DNA of 32,000 nucleotides from Pseudooceanicola nanhaiensis DSM 18065 (GTDB lineage: Bacteria; Pseudomonadota; Alphaproteobacteria; Rhodobacterales; Rhodobacteraceae): contig NZ_JHZF01000011.1 in assembly GCF_000688295.1 (NCBI RefSeq), positions 558,288 to 590,287 of the forward strand. The letters are read 5' to 3'. The position numbers and the translations under genes are program-made. The notes beneath the pieces are model-generated. The model did no database searches. It worked only from the letters and a program-made list of their open reading frames with translations, and was not told where the DNA came from. Each line of letters opens with the position of its first letter. The first letter of the stretch is position 1. Positions 1-7,805 of the stretch are shown piece by piece.

Positions 1-474
1 GGCCGCGTCGCCGATCACGTAGGTCAGGCAGGCGGGCGTGTGGCCCGGCGTGTGCAGCACGTCCCCGCGCAGCTGGCCGATGTGGAAGCTGTCGCCCTGC
101 TGGAAGAGCCGGTCGAACTGCGACCCGTCACGCTGGAACTCGGTGCCTTCGTTGAAGACCTTGCCGAAGGTGTCCTGCACCAGCGTGATCCGGTCGCCGA
201 TGCCGATCTTCCCGCCAAGCTTTTCCTGGATGTAGGGCGCGGCCGAAAGGTGGTCGGCATGGACATGCGTCTCGAGGAGCCATTGCACCTCGAGCCCGTG
301 ATCCCGGACGAAGGCGATGATCGCATCGGCCGACCGGGTGTCGGTGCGGCCCGAACTGTAGTCGAAGTCGAGCACGGAATCGACCACCGCGCAGGCGCTC
401 CCCGCGGGGTCGCGGACCACGTAGGAGATCGTGTTGGTGGCGTCGTCGAAGAAGGCTGTGACGTCGGGTTTCAT
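1..474 (-). CDS. MBL-fold metallo-hydrolase (Blh / persulfide-dioxygenase-like), N-terminal part only; the 3' end lies outside the window
   Basis: Own translation of the minus strand from ATG (complement of 472-474): MKPDVTAFFDDATNTISYVVRDPAGSACAVVDSVLDFDYSSGRTDTRSADAIIAFVRDHGLEVQWLLETHVHADHLSAAPYIQEKLGGKIGIGDR... It carries the HxHxDH metal motif (THVHADH). It is the antisense of track ORF 40..525. The track omits it because it runs off the edge. Confidence 0.85.
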   Translation of the reverse strand, partial: MKPDVTAFFDDATNTISYVVRDPAGSACAVVDSVLDFDYSSGRTDTRSADAIIAFVRDHGLEVQWLLETHVHADHLSAAPYIQEKLGGKIGIGDRITLVQDTFGKVFNEGTEFQRDGSQFDRLFQQGDSFHIGQLRGDVLHTPGHTPACLTYVIGDAA

Positions 475-503
475 GAGTACCCCCAAGGTTGTTTCCTGAC
501 TTC

Positions 504-531
504 ATATAATGAAAATGGAATGTGATGCAAG
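504..531 (-). promoter_or_regulatory. Candidate sigma70-type promoter for the MBL hydrolase gene
   Basis: Minus strand reads CTTGCA (526-531), a 16-nt spacer, then TTATAT (504-509), about 30 nt upstream of the ATG at 474. It lies in a locally AT-richer stretch. Pattern match only. Confidence 0.35.
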
Positions 532-782
532 ATCTGCCCAAGCATTCCAGCGCGGATTCCCGCCGTCGAGGGCGAAAAGCGGGGGATAAGTCCAAAAATG
601 TCCGGGGTTGTCCGCGATGCGGAATATTCGGCATTGCCGCAGGGGAAGCCTGATACTATCTTCAGGCACAGGCGGAAACGCCTGGGAGGAAATTGCGGGC
701 CTTTCACCGGATGGCCCGCGGCATCAGTCGGAAGTGGGGATAACATGGCGTGACGGCGCTCTCCGTCGCGCGAAGGAGGAGT

Positions 783-998
783 ATGTCCATGACGGAACTC
801 GATTCGACTGCACGGGCCATCGTGTCCGAGATCGCCTTGGCCGACCCGGCCACGCGTCACGTCCATCTGGACAAGCTGCATGGCGTGATCAGCAAGTACG
901 CACTCACCGGAAACGGGATTCCGCGCCAGCTGCGGCAACTTCAGGAAGATCTGACGAACGAGGCCATCGAGGCCCGGTTCGACAACCTGCCCGTGTAG
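783..998 (+). CDS. Small hypothetical protein (71 aa)
   Basis: In-frame part of ORF 750..998. GGAGGA at 774-779 lies 3 nt before ATG 783. Codon position 3 is mostly G/C. A terminator follows. No family recognised. Confidence 0.55.
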   Translation: MSMTELDSTARAIVSEIALADPATRHVHLDKLHGVISKYALTGNGIPRQLRQLQEDLTNEAIEARFDNLPV

Positions 999-1065
999 AC
1001 CCGTCCCGCCACCGGCGGGGCCCCGCACCGCGGTCGTGCCCCCGGGCGCGACATCGAAAACACCG

Positions 1066-1097
1066 CCCCCGCCCGGCGCCCGCCCGGCGGGGGTTTT
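1066..1097 (+). terminator. Intrinsic terminator after the small ORF
   Basis: 8-bp GC stem CCCCCGCC (1066-1073) / GGCGGGGG (1086-1093), followed by TTTT (1094-1097). Confidence 0.55.
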
Positions 1098-1229
1098 CGT
1101 TCGGCGCGCAGGCGGGCTTCTGTTCGGAGGGCTTGTATTCGGGGGGCCAGGGCATAGGCTACCGCCGACAATGGGCCGCGGCACCGCGCAGGAAGCGGGG
1201 GCGCCGTGCGGGGGCACGGGAGGGCCGAG

Positions 1230-3242
1230 GTGGCGGGAACCGTCAGGATGCATCGGGAGGGGCCGGTCGCAGTCCTTTTGCTGGACCATCCGCCGGCGCA
1301 GATCCTGTCGCAGCGGGCGCGCAAGGGGCTGATGACGGCGCTCGACCGGGCCGAGGCCGATCCCGCGATCCGCGCGGTGATCATCGGCGATGCCTCGGGC
1401 GGATTTCCCGGACAGGTCAACCCGCGCGAATTCGGCGCACCGCTGGCCGCGCCGGTGCCCGCGGCGCTCGCACTCAGGATCGAGAGCTTTCCCAAGCCGG
1501 TCGTCGCCCTGCTCGCGGGCAACGTCACCGGGGCAGGGGCCGAGCTCGCGCTGGCGGCCGATGCGCGCGTCGCGGTACCCGCGGCCCGGATCGGTTTTGC
1601 CGACACGCTGATCGGGCTGCCGCCCTCGGCCGGGGCGACCCAGAGGCTGCCGCGGCTGATCGGGGCCCACCATGCGCTGACGCTGATGCTGACCGGGCGC
1701 AACTACCCGGTCACCAGCGAGGTCGCGCAGGGCATCTTCGACGCCATCGTGCCCGCCGCCAAGGCCGAGGCGAAGGCGCGGGAGATCGCGCTCGCGCTGG
1801 CCGAGGCGCCGGACCGGCCGCGCGCGCGCGACCGGACCGAAGGTTTCGCGGATGCCGGTGCCTATCAGGCGGAACTGGCCCGCCGCCGCGCCAATGCCGC
1901 GCCCGATGACCGGATGGTGGCGGCGGTCTGCCGGGCGGTCGAGGCGGCGCAGCTGTTCCCCTTCGAGGCCGGGCTGGAGCTCGAACAGGAGTTCTTCGAC
2001 GAGATCGCGGCAAGCGACCGCGCCCGCGGACTGCGCCACGCGCTGATCGCCGAGACCCGGGTCAGCGCCGGGATCAAGGCGCCGCCGGTGGCGCTCGCCG
2101 GGATCCTCGCGCTCGGCCCCGGGGCACCGGCGCTCGTCGCGACGCTCGCGCAGCGCGGGATCGGCGTCGTGGTGCACGAGCCCGACCGCCATCGCGCCGC
2201 CCGCTTCGCCGCGGCCCTGCGCCGGGCGCTGGCGGCCAGGGCCTCGCTCCGGGCGCAGACCGGCGCGGCGGGCGAGCGGCCGGAGGACCGGGTGATCCTG
2301 CAGTCGGACATCGCGGCGATGACCACGGCAGAACTGCTGCTCGACCTCTCCCCCGACGATCCGGCGGCGAAATCGGCCGCGCTCGTCGCGCTGGCGGCAC
2401 TGCCCGAAAGCGATGCGCCGGTGCTGAGCGCGACCCGGCACCTCGACACCGCGAACCTGGCGCCCCGGGCGGCGCGCGGCCGGGTGATCGGCCTGCACCT
2501 GCCCGGGCGCAGCTTTCCCGCGCACCTGGCCGAGCTGGTCGTCACCCCCGGGACCACCAGCCGCGCCCATGGCCGCGCCCGGCGGTTCATGCAGCAGATC
2601 CGGCGCATCCCGGTGCGGGTGAGCGCCTCGGACGGGCTGGCCGGGCCCGCGATGATGGGCGCGCTCCTTGCCGCGGCGGACGCGCTGGTCCGGGTCGGGC
2701 TGGACGCCGGCGAGATCGACGCGGCGATGACGGGCTACGGATTCGCGCGCGGCCCCTATGCCATGCTGGGCGAGATCGCGGCCATGGCCCATGCCGAGCG
2801 CGAGGCCCGGCTGGGCCGCGCAGCGGGCCTGTCGTCGCTGATCGCGCGCGCCGGGCTGAAGCCGGGGCGGGATAGGTGCAGCGGAGCGCTTCAGGCGCTG
2901 GTGGCCGAGGCCCGCGCGGGGCGTCCCGCGGAGCACGCCCATGGCTGGCGCGCCTCGGAGGTGCGCACCGCGCTGCTGGCGGCCCTGGTCAACGAGGGCG
3001 CGCGGCTTCTCGCGGACAGGGTCGTGGCCCGGCCGCTGGTGCTCGACGTGGTGATGGTGCAGGGCTACGGCTTCCCGCGGACGCAGGGCGGGCCGATGCA
3101 GGCCGCCGAGACGATCGGGCTCGGGCATCTGTCGCAGGCGATGCGGGTGCTCGCAGAGCTCGACAAGTCGGTCTGGGCGCCGCACCCGCTGATCGGCGAC
3201 CTGATGGCCAACGGGGTCGGGTTCTCGGACCTGAACGGCTGA
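1230..3242 (+). CDS. Enoyl-CoA hydratase / 3-hydroxyacyl-CoA dehydrogenase fusion protein (FadB/FadJ-like, divergent)
   Basis: ORF 1206..3242. The N-terminal crotonase fold shows VAVLLLDHPP, GAGAELALAADARVA and GLPPSAGATQRLPRLIG. The C-terminal part resembles 3-hydroxyacyl-CoA dehydrogenase (LGPGAPA, IGLHLP...AELVV). Start is ambiguous: GTG 1230 has GGGAGGG 5 nt upstream; the alternatives are GTG 1206 and ATG 1248. Confidence 0.75.
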   Translation: MAGTVRMHREGPVAVLLLDHPPAQILSQRARKGLMTALDRAEADPAIRAVIIGDASGGFPGQVNPREFGAPLAAPVPAALALRIESFPKPVVALLAGNVTGAGAELALAADARVAVPAARIGFADTLIGLPPSAGATQRLPRLIGAHHALTLMLTGRNYPVTSEVAQGIFDAIVPAAKAEAKAREIALALAEAPDRPRARDRTEGFADAGAYQAELARRRANAAPDDRMVAAVCRAVEAAQLFPFEAGLELEQEFFDEIAASDRARGLRHALIAETRVSAGIKAPPVALAGILALGPGAPALVATLAQRGIGVVVHEPDRHRAARFAAALRRALAARASLRAQTGAAGERPEDRVILQSDIAAMTTAELLLDLSPDDPAAKSAALVALAALPESDAPVLSATRHLDTANLAPRAARGRVIGLHLPGRSFPAHLAELVVTPGTTSRAHGRARRFMQQIRRIPVRVSASDGLAGPAMMGALLAAADALVRVGLDAGEIDAAMTGYGFARGPYAMLGEIAAMAHAEREARLGRAAGLSSLIARAGLKPGRDRCSGALQALVAEARAGRPAEHAHGWRASEVRTALLAALVNEGARLLADRVVARPLVLDVVMVQGYGFPRTQGGPMQAAETIGLGHLSQAMRVLAELDKSVWAPHPLIGDLMANGVGFSDLNG

Positions 3243-3245
3243 GCG

Positions 3246-3461
3246 TCAGCCGAGGAAGACGCCGAGGATCACCAGCATCAGCCCGATGACCGACAGGAAG
3301 AGCGCGCCGAGGTTCAGCGGCAGGGCCTTCTGCACGGCCGCGCGCAGCTCCTCGTCGGTGAGCTTCGCCTTGCGGGCGCGGTTCACCTTGGCGATCGACC
3401 AGAAAAGCCCCGCGAGCCCCAGCAGCGAGAGCGCCGCGCCGCCCCAGATCAGGTAGTCCAT
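3246..3461 (-). CDS. Small two-TM membrane protein (71 aa), hypothetical
   Basis: ORF 3246..3461. Two hydrophobic segments (WGGAALSLLGLAGLFW; LGALFLSVIGLMLVILGVFLG). Codon position 3 is almost entirely G/C. Confidence 0.65.
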   Translation of the reverse strand: MDYLIWGGAALSLLGLAGLFWSIAKVNRARKAKLTDEELRAAVQKALPLNLGALFLSVIGLMLVILGVFLG

Positions 3462-3592
3462 GCCATCTCCGCCCGGTTGTGATCCGCGATGCGCCTAAAA
3501 GATGCCGGCCCCGGTTGCAAGCCCCGCGGCCCCCTTGCGGGACGCGCGGCGGGGCGCTATCGGGGAACCTCCCGCAGCGATGGAGGCTCAAG

Positions 3593-3862
3593 ATGGATGA
3601 CGGCGTGATCGACAACGGCGAGGCCAGCTACCGCGTGACCGCGAACGAACTGCGCCAGTTCATCGAGCGGATCGAGCGGCTGGATGCCGAGAAGAAGGAC
3701 CTGGCGGACCAGCAGAAGGAAGTCATGGCCGAGGCGAAGGCGCGCGGCTACGACACCAAGGTCATGCGCAAGGTCATCGCGCTGCGCAAGCGCGACAAGG
3801 ACGACATCGCCGAGGAAGAGGCGGTGCTCGAGATGTACAAGGAAGCGCTCGGCATGAGCTGA
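3593..3862 (+). CDS. gapR: DUF2312/UPF0335 family nucleoid-associated protein (GapR-like), 89 aa
   Basis: MDDGVIDNGEASYRVTANELRQFIERIERLDAEKKDLADQQKEVMAEAKARGYDTKVMRKVIALRKRDKDDIAEEEAVLEMYKEALGMS matches the GapR/DUF2312 pattern (L..I.R.ERL..EK......KEV.AEAK..G.D.KV..KV...RK.D). GGAGG lies 7 nt upstream of ATG 3593. The upstream part of ORF 3479.. is R/P-rich and not credible. Confidence 0.85.
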   Translation: MDDGVIDNGEASYRVTANELRQFIERIERLDAEKKDLADQQKEVMAEAKARGYDTKVMRKVIALRKRDKDDIAEEEAVLEMYKEALGMS

Positions 3863-3896
3863 GGCCCGGCCTGCCGCCCTGGCGGCAGGCGGCGCA

Positions 3897-3917
3897 GGGG
3901 GGCGCTGCCCCCCCTTT
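3897..3917 (+). terminator. Probable intrinsic terminator of gapR (first hairpin of repeat copy A)
   Basis: GGGGGGC-gct-GCCCCCC followed by CTTTC. A second perfect hairpin TTTCGCGTCC-cga-GGACGCGAAA sits at 3915-3937. Confidence 0.45.
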
Positions 3918-3979
3918 CGCGTCCCGAGGACGCGAAATTCACCCCCGGGATATTCTTGACCAGAGGAAGCAGGGGAACC
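3897..3979 (+). repeat. Interspersed intergenic repeat, copy A (GC hairpin + second hairpin + tail CCCCCGGGATA..ACCAGAGGAAG..GGGGA)
   Basis: Direct comparison with 9662-9751. Shared architecture, and the tails are near-identical: CCCCCGGGATATTCTTGACCAGAGGAAGCAGGGGA versus CCCCCGGGATACATGAACCAGAGGAAAGTGGGGA. Confidence 0.5.
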
Positions 3980-4047
3980 TGTCGGGGCGTGGCTTGTCAT
4001 CCGCGCGGGCGCGCGGTTTGGTGGTGTCGGAACGACAGGAGGTTTCG

Positions 4048-5112
4048 ATGGCCGGCAAGACCGCACCGACGCTCGACGAACTGCGCGCGCGCTATGGCAA
4101 CGACAAGGGCACCGCGTTCTACGATCCGCGGCTGAAGGCGGTGGCCGACGGCATCTTCGGGGAGGGCGGCCGCCGGGCCTGGCCCTTCGCGGGGGTCTCG
4201 ACCCTGCTCGACGCGCCCTACCGGCCGCAGGACGCGGGCGTGCTGGCCGATGGCGGGCGGATCGAGGGGCTCGACGTGGCGCTGGTCGGCGTGCCGATGG
4301 ATCTGGGCGTGACCAACCGGGCGGGCGCGCGGCGCGGGCCCAAGGCGGTGCGCGAGATCGAGCGGATCGGACCGTGGAACCGGGTCATGGACGTGGCCCC
4401 GATGCAGGTGCTGAAGGTGGCCGACATCGGCGACGTGCCGATGCGCTCGCGCTATGACCTCACCTCCTGCCACGAGGATATCGAGACCTTCTACACGGCG
4501 CTCGCCGCCTCGGGCATCCCGCCGCTTTCGGTCGGGGGCGACCATTCGATCTCGCGCCCGATCCTGAAGGCGCTGGCCGGGGTGCACGGTCCGCTCGGCA
4601 TGGTGCATATCGATGCGCATGCGGATACGTCGGGCGTCTACGAGGGGGCGAAGTTCCATCATGGCGGCCCGTTCCGGCAGGCGGTTCTGGAGGGCAGCCT
4701 CGACCCCGCGCGGACCATCCAGATCGGCATCCGGGGCGGCGGGGATTTCCTGTGGGAATTCTCCTACGAGAGCGGGATGACCGTGATCCATGCCGAGGAA
4801 CTGGCCGGGATGGGACTGCCCGCGGTCATCGCCAGGGCGCTCGAGGTGGTGGGCGCGGGCCCGACCTATGTCAGCTTCGATGTCGATTCGCTCGACCCGG
4901 CCTTCGCACCCGGAACCGGCACGCCCGAGGTCGGCGGGCTGACCCCGCGCGAGGCGCTGGCGATCCTGCGCGGGCTCAAGGGCATCGACATGAAGGGCGG
5001 CGACGTGGTGGAGGTCGCGCCCTCCTACGATCCGACCTCGAACACCGCGCAGGCCGCGGCGCAGGTGCTCTTCGAACAGCTCTGCCTGATGGCCTTCGTG
5101 CCGGGACGCTGA
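4048..5112 (+). CDS. Agmatinase / arginase-family ureohydrolase
   Basis: ORF 3994..5112. Arginase-family metal motifs are present: GGDHSISRPILKA, HIDAHADT, SFDVDSLDPAFAPGTGTPE. AGGAGG lies 6 nt upstream of ATG 4048. Substrate (agmatine versus another guanidino compound) cannot be told from sequence alone. Confidence 0.88.
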   Translation: MAGKTAPTLDELRARYGNDKGTAFYDPRLKAVADGIFGEGGRRAWPFAGVSTLLDAPYRPQDAGVLADGGRIEGLDVALVGVPMDLGVTNRAGARRGPKAVREIERIGPWNRVMDVAPMQVLKVADIGDVPMRSRYDLTSCHEDIETFYTALAASGIPPLSVGGDHSISRPILKALAGVHGPLGMVHIDAHADTSGVYEGAKFHHGGPFRQAVLEGSLDPARTIQIGIRGGGDFLWEFSYESGMTVIHAEELAGMGLPAVIARALEVVGAGPTYVSFDVDSLDPAFAPGTGTPEVGGLTPREALAILRGLKGIDMKGGDVVEVAPSYDPTSNTAQAAAQVLFEQLCLMAFVPGR

Positions 5113-5213
5113 AAGGACACGCTCGCGGGCGGTCTCAAAACCTTGATTGGTTGTTTCAGTTCCGATCTCTTAGACCGGGTCGTGACGTTGGGAAGTTCAA
5201 GGACAGGCTGAGT

Positions 5214-5939
5214 ATGTGGGCAAGGGTCAAGGTGGGCGTGCGCGCCGCGGTTCTGGCTCTGGCGGGGGGCGTTGCGGCGTCCGCGCCGGTGGCGGCCGAA
5301 GGCGCGCGCCCTGTTGTGGTCGAGCTCTACACCTCGCAGGGATGTTCGTCCTGCCCGCCGGCCGATGCCTTCTTCTCGACGCTCGCCGAGCGCGAGGACG
5401 TGATCGCCCTGGGCCTGCATGTCGATTACTGGGATTACATCGGCTGGAAGGACGTCTTCGCCAGCCCGCTCTTCACCAAGCGCCAGAAGTCCTATGCGCG
5501 CCACGCCGGGCGCCGTTCGATCTATACCCCGCAGATGATCATCCACGGGCAGGAGGATGTCGTGGGCACCCACCCGGTCGACGTGGCCGAGCTCATCATG
5601 CGCTACCGCGCCGTGCCCGCCGCGGTGACCGTCGAACTGGAGCGCCTCGGCGCCGGCAGGGTGGGGATCGAGGCCGAGGCGGCGCAGGGCTTCACCCAAC
5701 CGTTGACCGTGCAGCTGGTCCGCTACGCGCCCTCGGCCCGGATCGAGGTGCTGCGCGGCGAGAACGCGGGCAAGACGCTGGTCTACAGCAACATCGTCAC
5801 CGAATGGCACAACCTGGGCGAATGGGACCCGCGCACCCCGCTCGACATCGAGGCGGAGGCCGCGGGCGATGACCCGGTCGTGGTGCTGATCCAGCACGCG
5901 GGCCCCGGCGCGATCGAGGCCGCGGCGCGGCTGCGCTGA
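5214..5939 (+). CDS. DUF1223 family secreted thioredoxin-like protein
   Basis: In-frame part of ORF 4752..5939. Signal peptide MWARVKVGVRAAVLALAGGVAASAPVAAEG, then VVELYTSQGCSSCPPAD...HVDYWDYIGWKDVFASP...YTPQMIIHG, the DUF1223 signature as I remember it. Confidence 0.8.
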   Translation: MWARVKVGVRAAVLALAGGVAASAPVAAEGARPVVVELYTSQGCSSCPPADAFFSTLAEREDVIALGLHVDYWDYIGWKDVFASPLFTKRQKSYARHAGRRSIYTPQMIIHGQEDVVGTHPVDVAELIMRYRAVPAAVTVELERLGAGRVGIEAEAAQGFTQPLTVQLVRYAPSARIEVLRGENAGKTLVYSNIVTEWHNLGEWDPRTPLDIEAEAAGDDPVVVLIQHAGPGAIEAAARLR

Positions 5940-5943
5940 CGCC

Positions 5944-6852
5944 TCAGGCCGTGCCGTCCTGCACCGCGCGCCAGCGGCGGTGGATCCAGAGCCACTGGTC
6001 GGGATGGGCGCGGACCCGCGCCTCGAGCGAATCGTTGAGCGCCTGCATCATTTCGGCCGGCTCGCCCGGCGGGATCGGCGCCTCGACCTCGATCCGGAAG
6101 GACAGGCCGTCGGGCTGGCGGATCGTGTAGATCGGAATCAGCGGCGCGCCGTATTTCACCGCCATCTCGGCCGGCGAGAGCGCGGTCATCGCCGTAACGC
6201 CGAAGAACTCCAGCGCCACCCCGTCCTCCATGTGCTGGTCGTGCAGGATCGCCACGGCGCCGCCCGAGCGGACGTATTTCACCATGTCGGCGAGGCCCCG
6301 GCGCGAGCGGGGGAAGAGCGGCGTGGCATTCGCCTCCATCATCCGGACGTAATGCAGGTTGAAGGGCACGTTGCTCATCGGGCGGTAGAGGCCGCCGAGC
6401 GCGCCGTAGCGCTGGCGCATGAGGGCGCGGAAGATCGCGTAATTGCTGAAATGGCCCGAGACGAGGATCATCGGCCGGTGATGCTCCATCCCGTCGAGCA
6501 GGGTCTCGACACCGGGGCCTTCGAGGGCGATGTCGCGGATCCGCGCGTCGACCTCGTCGGGCGAGAAGAACTCCATCACCGTGCGGCCGACCTGGTCGGG
6601 GACCAGGCGGACCAGCCGCTCGACCTCGTCCCGAGGCAACTCGGGCCAGGCGAGCGCGAGGTTGTCGCGGATGCGGCGGCGCCAGCCCGCAAGCGGCGCG
6701 ATCACGGCGGAGGTGAAGCGGCCGAAGGCGCGCACCCTCGTCTCGTAGGGCAGGAGCCGCATCAGGCCGAGCGCGCCCATCAGGGCGGCGTTGACCGCGT
6801 GATCGCCGATCCGCTCGGGCAGGGACCGGGGCTCGGGCGCGCTGGCGCTCAT
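5944..6852 (-). CDS. LpxL/HtrB-family (lysophospholipid / lipid A late) acyltransferase
   Basis: In-frame part of ORF 5944..7497 starting at MSASAPEP (ATG complement 6850-6852). Family-like features: PMILVSGHFSNYA, ILHDQH, HPDQWLWIHRRW at the C-terminus. Confidence 0.8.
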   Translation of the reverse strand: MSASAPEPRSLPERIGDHAVNAALMGALGLMRLLPYETRVRAFGRFTSAVIAPLAGWRRRIRDNLALAWPELPRDEVERLVRLVPDQVGRTVMEFFSPDEVDARIRDIALEGPGVETLLDGMEHHRPMILVSGHFSNYAIFRALMRQRYGALGGLYRPMSNVPFNLHYVRMMEANATPLFPRSRRGLADMVKYVRSGGAVAILHDQHMEDGVALEFFGVTAMTALSPAEMAVKYGAPLIPIYTIRQPDGLSFRIEVEAPIPPGEPAEMMQALNDSLEARVRAHPDQWLWIHRRWRAVQDGTA

Positions 6853-6866
6853 CGGTGCTCTCCCTG

Positions 6867-7805
6867 TCAGGGCGCCGTGCGGGCCCCGTGTTCGCGGTGC
6901 CAGACATAGAGCCCGGACCCGACGATCACAAGCGCGCCGACCCATGTCCAGAGGTCGGGCCATTCGCCGAAGGCGACGATTCCGAAGAGCGTGGCGAAGA
7001 CCAGCCCGACATAGCCGAAGGGGGCGAGCACCGCGGCCTCGCCTGCGGTGAAGGCGCGGATCAGCAGAAGCTGGCCCAGCGTGCCGAAACCCGCGAGCAT
7101 GAGCATCAGCACCACGCCCTTCGGCGTGACCGGCTGCCAGTGGAAGGGCACCAGCACGGTCAGGATGATCGCCCCGAAGAGCGCCCCGTAGAGCAGCGAG
7201 GTCCAGGGATCCTCGGACCGGCCGACGTAGCGCGTCATCAACGCGTAGCCGGCGTAGGTGAAGGCGGCGCAGAACGGCAGGAGCGACCAGAGCGAGAAGA
7301 CCGCGCCGCCCGGCCGGATCACGATCATCGCCCCCACGAGCGAGATCGCGATGGCCACGATCCGGCGCGGTCCGACGGTTTCGCCAAGGAAGAGCGCGGC
7401 GCCGAGGGTGATGAGCACCGGGTTCACATCCATGATCGCCGTGGCCTGGGCGAGGCCGATATGCGAGATGCCGAAGAAGAAGAGCGTGGTCGAGCACATC
7501 AGGAAGGCCGAGCGCAGCAGCTGCAGGCCCGGGAAGCGCGTGCGCGCCACGGCGCCCAGACGGCGCGAGACCAGCGCCAGCACCAGCAGCGACTGGCCCG
7601 CGTAGCGCGCCCAGAGCGCGACGACGGTGCCCGATTCCTGCGACAGGGCCTTGGCGGTGGCGTCCATCGACGTGAAGCAGAAGATTGCCGCCAGCATCAG
7701 CAGGATGGCGCGGGAATTGTCGGCGACGGGCAGGGGGGCGCTCACCAAGTTGCTGCCTGCGGGCGGGGGCGGGGTGACCCCGGGGGCGGAAGGAGCGGCG
7801 CGCAT
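6867..7805 (-). CDS. DMT superfamily (EamA-like) transporter
   Basis: ORF 6867..7847. About 10 hydrophobic segments and the EamA-like pattern (LLMLAAIFCFTSMDATAKAL, two repeated halves). It ends 14 bp before the acyltransferase start, so an operon is likely. Start ATG 7805 is preferred over 7847, but a further-downstream start is possible. Confidence 0.8.
   Translation of the reverse strand: MRAAPSAPGVTPPPPAGSNLVSAPLPVADNSRAILLMLAAIFCFTSMDATAKALSQESGTVVALWARYAGQSLLVLALVSRRLGAVARTRFPGLQLLRSAFLMCSTTLFFFGISHIGLAQATAIMDVNPVLITLGAALFLGETVGPRRIVAIAISLVGAMIVIRPGGAVFSLWSLLPFCAAFTYAGYALMTRYVGRSEDPWTSLLYGALFGAIILTVLVPFHWQPVTPKGVVLMLMLAGFGTLGQLLLIRAFTAGEAAVLAPFGYVGLVFATLFGIVAFGEWPDLWTWVGALVIVGSGLYVWHREHGARTAP

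Noticed and set aside
471-3185. Very long ORFs in the track: 471..3185 (-), 7869..9353 (-), 9793..11157 (+ part), 13563..14357 (+ part), 14914..16263 (-), 16117..17736 (+), 18119..19774 (-), 22266..23765 (-), 25347..27107 (-), 27608..28909 (+), 28899..30518 (-), and others.
   Set aside because: Each is antisense or off-frame to a gene with clear family motifs. Their translations are Arg/Pro/Gly/His-rich low-complexity strings. In ~70% GC DNA the frame that shares third positions with a real gene stays open by chance. They are shadow ORFs.
3237-3251. Palindrome GGCTGA-gcg-TCAGCC containing both stop codons of the convergent FadJ-like gene and the small membrane protein gene.
   Set aside because: A 6-bp stem formed by two facing TGA codons plus GGC/GCC is a trivial consequence of convergent genes in GC-rich DNA. 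There is no U-tract.
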